The position numbers were made by a program, and so were the translations under genes. A DNA stretch of 64,000 nucleotides from Vicugna vicugna (lineage: Eukaryota): the NCBI GenBank assembly GCA_013265495.1, contig MU059537.1:124001-188000 (forward strand). The letters are read 5' to 3'. Below are positions 12,986 to 22,232 of this stretch, piece after piece (the stretch's first letter is position 1; every line of letters starts with the position of its first letter). A model generated the notes under the pieces. It was not told the DNA's origin. It made no database searches and was given only the letters and a program-made list of their open reading frames with translations.

Positions 12986-14294
12986 GTGGGTACCCACGCC
13001 ATCTGTCAGGCCACCTGCCCCTCCCCCCGGTGTGGGGCTGGGGCGGCTTCTGGGGTCTGAGTGTCTCCCCAGCCCCTCAGGAAGGCCGGGCAAGGGAGAC
13101 CCAGGCCAGAGGTTGGCCCGCCCCTTCTCCTCACTGAGGAGCGCTGGCCTGTGTGCCCCCTGCCCTGGGCCTTCCTCCTCAGCCAGGGGCTCCCCAGGGT
13201 GAGGACCAGCTGTCTGGGGGGCGTCAGACTGCAGTGGGTGCCCCAGCGGAGGGCGCTGGACGTGGCACCACCGTGGAGTGCCGATCCTGCTGCTGATTCA
13301 CCACGTCAGCCACTTCTCAGGAAACGTGGGTGGTGGGGACAGGGCTGTGCAGGACGAGCCGTTGTCCCTGCTGTTCCTTCCACGTGAGAGCCTCCGCCCC
13401 ACCAGCCCGGTGCCCACACCCTGCGGCCATATGGCTTCTCCTGAGCGCCCTGGGCGCCCGAGCAGGAACTCACCACCCTCTGGCCTAGAAGAGTGGCTCC
13501 TGGTCCCCAGAGCCACTTGCCAACAGTCAGCTCCCGGCCAGGACCCCAGGGCTCACCCACCCAGCCTCTCTACCTGTTCCCCGGCTGAGCTGTTGCCTCA
13601 CCAGGGGCCCCGCGGCTGTGAATAAGCCTCTCGCCTCTCAGCCTGGGTGCCGTGGAGCTTCTGAGGTCCAGGCATGTGCTGTTCCCTGGCGGGCAGCCCA
13701 GCCGCCCCCCTGCCCTAGGAGGGCGACTGGACAGGGTTGGGCCGTGACGCTGGCAGGCTTGTCCTCGCTCCCACGGGATCCCGCTCCTCAGCCTGGGCAG
13801 CTCCAGTGGGACCGCCCCGTCACCCCTTCACAGCACCTCTTGCAGGACCCCCACCTCCACCTCTGGCTGGCTGTCTTGGGGCGGTGTATGCAAAATGCTT
13901 TGTACACTCCAGATGGATGCCCCGGTGTCTACAGATGGTCACTCAGTCCTGCTCCTGGACGATCAGGAAGGGATCGTCTCCCGGTGGGGAGGTGGAGAGG
14001 GCTGACCTGCTGCAACCGTGTAGGGGCCCGGCGGAGGGGTGGGCACCTGGGGACCAGAGTAGCCAGGAGCCAGGACCCCACTGCCCCCTGATGTGGGTGT
14101 TTCTAGGGTGATGGACGTTGGGCTGGGGCCACTGTACCCTCTCCAGGGAGCAGTGGGGGCCTGGGACCAGGATTCTGGGGGTTCCCTGCTCTCCATGGCC
14201 CGTCCCATCTGCTGCCCACTCAGCCTCTGGTGCCTTTCCAGGGTCCAGAAGCAGCCAAGCCACATGCCAGCGGAGCTCCAGCCCCGAGCCGGCC

Positions 14295-14700
14295 ATGGCG
14301 GCCCTGCTGTCCGGGCCGGGCTGCGTGCCCCTGCGGCCGAGCTCCCACTCCCGCACCAAGACCCGGAAGCCCAACTTCAGCCCCCAGGAGACAGAGGTGC
14401 TGGTGCAGAGGGTCACGCGCCACTACCCGCTGCTGTTCGGGGCGCTGCGGGGCCCGCCCGCCCGGAAGCATCGCGTGTGGAGCCGCATCCTGCAGGCGGT
14501 GAACGCACTGGGCTACTGCCGCCGGGACCTGGGCGACGTCAAGCACAAGTGGCGGGACCTGCGCGGCGTGGTGCGCCGGAAGCTGGCCGAGCGGCCCCGG
14601 GCCCCTGGCCCTGTGCTCACGCCCGTCGAGCGCATGGTGGCCGAGACCTTCGCAGTCCCGGGCCCCCCGGGCGAGGGCCAGGCCGCAGAGCTGCTGCCAA
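14295..14700 (+). CDS. Myb/SANT-like (Myb_DNA-bind_5-type) DNA-binding domain coding exon nested in a TSNARE1 intron; the exon probably starts at 14242
   Basis: Kozak gccATGg at 14295. Encodes RKPNFSPQETEVLVQRVTRHYPLLFG...RVWSRILQAVNALGYCRRDLGDVKHKWRDLRGVVRRKL...LTPVERMV, the pattern of MYPOP/NAIF1/TSNARE1-type Myb domains. Perfect donor ccaa|GTAAGT at 14700/14701 (phase 1), acceptor gcctttccag| before 14242, CpG-rich codons. Confidence 0.85.
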
Positions 14701-17700
14701 GTAAGTGGCCCCTTCACCGCCTGCAAGGGGCTTCCAGCGCATGACCGCCGAGAGCAAGATTAGGGGAGAGCGGAGGCCCCTTGGCATCTAGATGGGGGCA
14801 TGGAGGCTCAAAACCAGGGAGTGCAGGAGCTGAGGCTGAGTCAGGTCGGCCCTGGCCCGGGCTTGGGGGCATCTGGGGTTGTCCCATGTGACAGTGCGGC
14901 CACCAGCCTCCAGAAACCCACAGGAGCTGAGGTGCAGGTGAACCGCTGGACTGCTCGTGGAAAGCCGTCACCAGCCCAGCTCAGCTCAGCTCCCTGCCCG
15001 CTGTGTGCCCTATCTTGGGTGTAGGGGAGGGAGTAGGGGTGACCGCACCCTCCCTCTGACCCCCTCATTGTGGGGGCCCCTCTCCCCGGGTCGCAGCCCC
15101 CAGACCAGGCCAGGCCCGAGCGCTATCTGGAGGCTCTTAGCTTCCTAGGGCAGGCTGATCCCCTCGGAGCCCGTGGGCCCACCTCCAGGGCCCACCTTTT
15201 CAGAAGGGTCTGTACCTGGTGAAGAAGACGCGGGTGGCACAGTGCCTCTGACTCCGGGGCAGGGCTGGCTCACTCCTGCCGCCTGCAGCGCCTCCTCCTG
15301 CCCGCTCCGCCTGCTCCTCGTCCTCCTCCTCAAGACACCTCTGAACCTCGTCAGGAGCGCCCTTCCCCTGCTGTCTGCATGCAGCGGCTCCGCCCACAGC
15401 TCAGAGCTGAGTCCTGCTGGACCCTTCCCCACCCCTTCCTGGGGAGCTGCTGGGAAGACTGAGGATGAAGCCAGAAGCAGGACCACCTCCCTCTTGAGGG
15501 CTGCAGAGTGGACAGCAGGACTCAGCCTCGTGGGGACAAGCAGAGGCCCCAGATGCCACCAACAGAGGCCCCAGCAGACCTTCTAGTGGGGGGTCTGTGC
15601 AGAGCAAGCCTGGGCCAGTCAGAGATGCAGGCAGACCCCGACGTGGCCGTGCCCTGGGCTGGGCTTGGTCGTGGGCCTGAATGATGGGGTGGGGTGGGGC
15701 CCGCCTGATAGTCCTGGGGAGGCCACCCGCTCTCCTACAGGCATAGCCAGACCTGGTTTTGGGGTGCTGAAGGGCGGGCAGCGGGCAGCATGGGTGTGGC
15801 CCTGGGTGCTCCGACCTTCCCATGAGCCCCCAGCCCTGGAGTGAGGTGGGAGCTTGCGACTGCGCTTGTCCCCTGGGTGTGGTGCTTGGCTCGGAAGGCT
15901 TCCTGTCCACCCTGGTGGGCCAGTGCCCCCTCCGCCAGACCCCATGGCTCCCCTCCCGGGCTCTCCTCCATCAGGGCAGCCAACCGGCTGGTCCCTTAGT
16001 GCTGTGAGCTCTGCGGGGAGTGGCCGACACCGTGCCGACGGGTCCTGAGATTTGTTAAATGTGTGAGAGCAACGTGGGGTGAGGCTGAGGCCAAGCAGGG
16101 AAGTGGCTGCAGCGCCTGGTTTTGGGGGTGATGGTGGAGACCACAGCTGGAGGCCCAGCCCCGCCAGCGCTGCCCTCTGGGTCGGCACTGGCCTGGGGCT
16201 GAGGCACGATCCCGGCGTACGGGCATCTCCCGGCTGTAGGGCTGAGGAAAGCCCGCTGGCCGCGTGTAGGGCCCCCCAGGGGTGCCTGTGCCTGGGTTCC
16301 CCCCACTTGGACTGGGCTTTGCAGGGCTGTCCCCGGTCAACCTGGAATCTTTATGACGAGGTGAAGGGGGTGGCCCGCGGCCAATGAGGCGTCAGCACCA
16401 TAGGCCGTGTGGTGGGGTGCCCCCGCTTGCCTGGCAGCCCCCAGGGCCCAGGAGAGGGTCGCTGGCCACGAGCCAGGGGTCTGCTTGTACGGTGTCCCAG
16501 GGTGGAGCCGTGTGTGATCTGGGGGCTGAGCAGATCTGCGATCCAGCCCGGGGGCCACAGGACGTTTGTTCTCTGGGCTGCGTGCACCCTGGCCGCCGGG
16601 GGCGCTTGCCTCTGGGATGTACGCTACCATCAGAGTCAGGCTCCCTGCCGCGGGGCGCCGACTCGGTGCAGACCAGGGCTGGGCAGTCTGAGGGCAGGTC
16701 CCCGCGCAGCCCAGAGCGTGTGTGGTTGCAGGTCAGAGCAAAAAGCCAGCTAGGAGTGTGACCCCAGCTCACGGCTGGCCCAGACACTGCTGCCCGCCAG
16801 GCACAGCCACCTCTCTCTGTGTCGGGGCTCCGCCAGGTTGTTGCCGACAGAGTCTGGAGCACAAGGTAGCTCCTAATCACAGTAGTTGGTGGTGGCAGGG
16901 GCGGGGGCCTGGGTGGGCGCCCTCCCCCGACCCCCCGCAGGGCTGGTCCTGCCTCGGGGCAGCTGCGTTCCTTCTTCCTCATCTAGGCTGGCTGGAGAGG
17001 CACCACGGGAGGCCTGCGCCCCTGGCAGGCGGCAAAGGCACCCTGCAGGCCCCAGCTCCAGGAGGGCCCGCCCACACCCTCTCCTGGTGGGGAGCACACC
17101 CACGGGGCCTCAGGACGCCGAGCCGGGGCGGTTCCCGCCTTTGAGGGGACCTTGCCGGCCTCAGGCCTCGGGCGGCGCCCAGGGGCACAGCTGCAGGAAG
17201 AGGAGTGATTGGAATCCAGCCATTTCTGCCTCCAGAGCTCTGAAAATGTGTGAATTTGGAGGCGTGTCTGCTCTTCCTGGAAGAGTTCATTTCACGTGTT
17301 ACTGCGTCCGGTGCAGTGGCAGCAGCTGGTCTGTGCTGAGGGCGGCGCCCCTGGCTGCGGGCTCTCAGCTGCTCATCTGCGGGCACGGGGCTCTTTCCCA
17401 TTCATTGGCAGAAGACACTGCGCAGGGGGGTCCTCACCTGGATTCAAACCCGGTTCCTCGCAGGGTCGAGTGCCGCAGCCCTAACTCCCCACTGCCCTGC
17501 ATGCCCCTCGGCGGTGGGGTGGGGACGGGTCTGGTGCATGGTTTACATGATGCTGCCTTTTAACCGCTGGCATCGCTGAGCGAAATCTTCAGGTTTCCGC
17601 GGGCAGCCCCTGGACCTCGTCAGCAGCTCAGGTGTGCTGCTGGTGTGACATCTTGGGGGCTGTGTTGACACACCTACCAGGCGAATTCCCTGGTCCCCCA

Positions 17701-18127
17701 CTCAGCCCCGCACGGTAGTCAGAACCGGCTGATCAGGGCCCGGACACCCGTGGCCAGCGCGCAGAGGAGGGTGTTCGCAGACCCCGTCACGCTGTCTTCA
17801 CAGCCGCTCTGTGAGCCTGTGCAGTCGCCCCCAGGGTGCAGAGTTGTAGCAGAGCCAGGCCCGCACCCTGTCTTGAGTGGGCTGCTGCTGCCCCGAGGGG
17901 GCGCTTCCAGGCTCCCTGCCCTACAGCTCGGCCCAGCCGGTGCTCTATCCTTGCCGCCTCTGCTTCTCTGAAGGCTGGGCTTCCTGCCTGGGCCTCCGAG
18001 TGACCACCAGGGGGTCAGATGCTGTCTGCTTCCGCCCCCCGCGGCCCCAGGCTGGGCTCCCCAGGCTCGCCCTCGGGTGACCCCAGGGTCCCCACTCTGT
18101 AACTGCTTCTGTTGTCTTGATTTGCAG

Positions 18128-18210
18128 ATAGTATTGAAGCCGGCCTTGAGGCTGTGTCCTCACACACAGAGGCGGCCAGCGAGCTCCTGGCCGGAGCCAG
18201 CCGGCACCAA
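18128..18210 (+). CDS. TSNARE1: TSNARE1 coding exon, C-terminal half of Qa-SNARE motif, phase 1-0 (83 nt)
   Basis: Acceptor gtcttgatttgcag|, donor caa|GTAAGT. G+AT gives D, then SIEAGLEAVSSHTEAASELLAGASRHQ, completing the syntaxin SNARE heptads in frame with 12913-12985. Confidence 0.93.
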
Positions 18211-19951
18211 GTAAGTCAGTGTGAGGGGACAGCCCGTGGCCCGGGAGGGGCAGGTCTGCAGGGTCTTCTCTGAGCCCAGGCGGACTGCTATGGGGAGCGG
18301 ACAGGAAGGGGCTGCGGGCCCAGGACGGTCAGCACCGCCTCCCGTCTGGTTTGCACCCCCACCGAGGGGGCGGCCTGGGGTCTCTGCCTGCTGGCTCTGC
18401 CAAGCGAGAGGACAGGGGTGCGTGGCCAGCTGTGGGAGTGGCCGGGGCTCCCAGGATTGTGCCGCATCCCCGAGCTGCCCCTGCAGGACGTTCCATGGCT
18501 TCTCTCGTTTTTCTCAGAAGGCTGGGTGGGTCTACCCTCGTCTGCTGCCTTCCTGGAGGAGAGGGCCGCAGAGAGGGCCGCCTGGCCTCCTGCGCCTCCA
18601 CCTGCCACTGGGCCAGGTGTGGCTCCATGTCTGCCCGTGGTCTGGCCCTGGGCTGGAGCTGGGGGGGCCTCCCCGCCAGGTTGGAGCAGGCAGAACTTGA
18701 CTTGGGACAAGTTGGCTCAGTGAGGACAAGATCAGACCTTTATTTGTTTGATACGAGGCCAAGGGCAGCCTCAGGGATCGATGACGGGCCTCTTGACCCA
18801 CGTTCAGTACCGGAACCCCTGGTGGGCTCAGGCCTACGTCCATCGAGGGGTCAGCAACCGCCCTCTGCTGGCTCCCTACTGCTCACTGGCCCTCTGCTCT
18901 GTGCTGCGCCCTGACATGCAGAGATGGACCCCGCAGAGCCTGTTCCTCTGGGAGCGTGTGTCCTAGGGGTGGGGTGGGTGGACAGTCCAGTCCAGTGACA
19001 CGAGGGCCCTGGCCCGGCTGAGGCAGGGCAGGCTTCCTGGGGGAGCGCCAAGCAGGAGTTGTCCTGGTGGAGAGGACAGAGGCCAAAGGAGGGGCAGCCC
19101 AGGTGAGCTCGGGACACCGCAGGCTGGAGTGCAGAGTGTGGGGGCTGTGCCGTTGGGAGTGGCGTGGAGACTGGGGAGAGATGTGGACCAGGTCCTCGTT
19201 CTGTGGGGGCTTCAGGACATCAGAGCTGTGCTGGCAAAGGGGACTGTAGTTGCCCTGGGGGGAGGAGAGGTCTCAGGGCGGTGGTCTGGACCGTGCAGGG
19301 TCTGTAGGTGGGGCAAACAGTGGGAAAGGGCAGGCCCCCTCCTGGCACCGCGTCTGCTCCCTTCCCACACCTCCCCTCCCTCAGGGAGCCAGGTGGGCAG
19401 TGCGCACGCGGGACCGGCAGCCGCAAGACTCTGCGAGACCGTCTGAGGTTGGAGGCTGGGCCCACTGTTGGCCTCCCCTTTTGTCTGTCGGTGGCCATCA
19501 GACTTCTGAGGCAGGGGCTGGCCTCACTGGCAGCTGGTGAACGCCACACCAGTGGGGAAGCGGGACATGCCTGCAGGATCGGGCAGAAGCAGGGCTGGAG
19601 GATGTCTGTTCACGCCCGCTGCAGGCTCTCTGCCCTAGCCACAGCCCCCACCTGCCAGCATGTGAGGGCGTCAGGCGTGGTCCCTCTAGGGCCGCCCAGC
19701 GTGAAGGTACAGGTTGCAACTGACGAACGAGGTAGACTCATGGGAAGCCCAGGGCCCGGCCTCTCTAATGGGAACTCTCCGAACGGTGGTGCCTGCCAAG
19801 GGCCCTCACCTCCAGAAAGCTTCATCTCACCTCGAGAAGGAGCAACGTACTGGCTGGGTGGCTCCTTCCAAGAGCACCAGGGCCGCCAAGTCCGAAGGAT
19901 CAGCGGGTGCCTGGACCGCAGATTCCTGGACCACAGAGGAGGGTGTGACCA

Positions 19952-20008
19952 TGAGGAGGAGGAGGAAGAGGAACAGGAGGAGGAAGAGGAGGAGAAGGAG
20001 GAGGAGGC
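19952..20008. repeat. (GAG)n-rich purine tract
   Basis: gaggaggaggaggaagaggaacaggaggaggaagaggaggagaaggaggaggaggca seen directly. Confidence 0.85.
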
Positions 20009-20359
20009 AGCACCGGCAGCCACCTGCGCCCTTGGACACATTGGGCTCAGAACCCTGGCCCGCTTCCCCGGGGGCCTGTGGCCCCGTCCTCTGGGGTGAT
20101 GCTGTCATCACCCCTTTCCTGTCCAAAGCAGGAACCCCTGTGCCATAGATGAGCTGGGTGGGGGCTCAGACCCAGGATGTACAGTCAAAGTTACTGCCAC
20201 AGTGTGAAGTCCTCGACCTGCCTCCACTTCCATGCAGCACGTCGGGAAATGCCTAGTGAGATGGGGTGCCAGCGCAGCCCGTGTCTCAGGCCTGGCGAGG
20301 TCTCCCTCGGTCCTGGGCTGGCTTACCCTTCACCCGCAGACAGTTGGAAGGTTAGCAGC

Positions 20360-20490
20360 CCCTCAGCCAGACTGTCCATTTGCAGATTAGGGGATTGAGG
20401 CCCCGAGAAGAGAAGGGCTTTCCCAGGTCACAGCCTGGCGTTGGGGCCCAGTTTGTCGGACTACAAATCCTGGCTCTTCCTGCCGCCCCA
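20360..20490 (-). mobile_element. MIR SINE fragment
   Basis: ccatttgcagattagggattgaggccccgagaagagaagggctttcccaggtcacagcc resembles antisense MIR. Confidence 0.65.
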
Positions 20491-20587
20491 GGGAAGTTCT
20501 GCTTCCATGTGCACCCACTCATCCCTCCAGGACGTCCGCTGGGTGGTGGGTGGGGGGACTGAGGGCTGGGAGGTATATACACAAGTA

Positions 20588-20870
20588 GGTGGATGGGCGC
20601 GTGGCTGGATGGACAGAGGTGAATGATGGATGGGTGGATCAAGGATGGATAGACAGTGGATGAGGATGAATGGATTGAGGATGGTTGGCTGAGAGATGAA
20701 CAGATGGATGGACGGATGGATGTAAGGAAGGATGAAAGGAAGGAGGGGATGGGTAGGTTGGATGGATGCTTGGTGAACAAACGGATGGGCAGCGAGCTGA
20801 GGGGACGGATGAGCATGTGGACGTGTGTAGGTGGGCTGGTGGACAGACAGATGGCAGCATGGTGGTAGCA
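20588..20870. repeat. Degenerate (TGGA)n low-complexity repeat
   Basis: Run of ggatggat/gatgga units directly visible. Confidence 0.85.
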
Positions 20871-21088
20871 TTCCGGCTTGGGAGCCGCCAGGTTGAGTTT
20901 CAGTCTCGGCGTTACTGGAGGAAGTCTTTCGCCCTCTCTTTGGTGTCCTGGTGAGGGTGCAGCTGGCCACCACAGAGGGGCCCCTCGAGACCCCCATATC
21001 TGCACGTGCAGGACCGTCTGCGAGTGGCCCCTCCTGGCCCTCCCAGTCCTGGGCCGTGGGGCTCACGTTTCCTGTCTCCCCCTGCTAG

Positions 21089-21669
21089 CAGACGAGGAGG
21101 ACGAGGCCCCCAGCTGCCTGTGGCTGCCCCTGCGGACACTGGATGGGCCGAGCCTGCCCGAAGCCGACCCCCTGGACCTCCGAGGAGCCTACCCTGCTGC
21201 CACTTCCTCACCCTCTCCACCCGCCTCCCCAGCCTCAGCGCCCCCGGCGGCCGCATTCCCTGGGGCTTCCCGGCCCTCGCCACCCACCTCTGTAACACCC
21301 CAGCCCTTGGGGAAGCCCGCGGTGGCCGAGGCCTCAGAGTTTGAGCGGAGGCTCCTGGACTCCCAGCGGCGACAGGGTGCCGTGCTGCGCTCCTGGTCCC
21401 AGCAGCAGAGCACGCTGATGGCCCAGCAGAATGCACTGCTGCAGAGGCTGGCCGAGCAGAGCCAGAGGCTGGCCGACGGCGTCGAGGCCCTCAACCGAAC
21501 GCTGGAGAGGCTGGTGGAGGCCCGCCCGGCCCTGGGTGCCTCGCCCCCCATCCCTGACGGCCCCCTTGGGGGCGGAACAGCCTGTGGGCCGGATGGAGCC
21601 CCCCAGGGCACCCCCACGGGCCTGGAAGTCTTCTCAGGGATGATCCTGAAGGTGGAGGAGGAGGTCTAG
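21089..21669 (+). CDS. Terminal coding exon (acidic/Pro-rich linker, coiled coil/leucine zipper, C-terminal ILKVEEEV*), putative partner of the Myb exon
   Basis: Pyrimidine-rich acceptor tttcctgtctccccctgcTAG|CAG| (starts 21089 or 21092, both phase 1, matching the 14700 donor). Open for 192 codons to TAG at 21667-21669. Contains the heptad L-AEQSQR-L-ADGVEA-L-NRTLER-L. Confidence 0.75.
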
Positions 21670-22226
21670 AGTCTGCACCTCCATGCAGCCAGAGAGGACA
21701 CAGGACAGCCCCTTCCAATGCTGCCCCTGTCTGTGGGGCTCACTACACGCGCGTGGAAGGGCCTCTGAGAGCCAGCGTGTGGGGGCCCGGGCCGAAGTCT
21801 GCTCAGGGACAGCAGGGATGGTGGGTTGGACAGGGCAGAGCGCACCTCTACTCCTGGGCTGCTCTCTGACCCGCGGGGCGAGCGCCCTGGAGCACAGAGC
21901 ACGGCCCACTCCGCAGATGCCCGCTAGTGTTGCTGCGGGAAGATGCACGTGGGGTGCAGCACCCCCAAACGTCTGCCTTGGGTGCTGGGACCCTGGAAAT
22001 GTGGCTGGCTGGGCCCCAGCGTGTGCCCTGAAGTGACTCCTGGAAGCCTCTCCTTCTCCATGGGTGTATGGACTCGGGGGCTGGGCTGGAGTCATGGCTC
22101 TTGGTTTTGTATCTGCAGTTGGACACACACCCACACGCGTGTGCGTCTGCTCCTTGGTAGTGGACAGGGCAGGATGCCGTTTTGTACCTGTTGATTTTCT
22201 TCAAAAAAGTATTTTTCTTATATAAG

Positions 22227-22232
22227 CATAAA
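22227..22232 (+). terminator. Possible variant poly(A) signal (CATAAA) for the 21089-21669 exon
   Basis: AT-rich patch at 22180-22245 about 550 nt after the stop, with an upstream TGTA. No canonical AATAAA seen. Confidence 0.25.

Noticed and set aside
15149-15586. ORF after acceptor-like cttcctag as a middle exon of the Myb gene
   Set aside because: The long frame is phase 0, whereas the Myb donor is phase 1; the phase-1 reading stops within about 25 codons.
16392-16410. TCAGCACCA as another RE1 site
   Set aside because: Only the left half-site is present; GGACAG is absent at the canonical spacing.
20878-21088. 5' extension of the 263-aa ORF as a single-exon gene
   Set aside because: Starts at a non-ATG codon and includes the polypyrimidine tract; better explained as intron before the 21089 acceptor.
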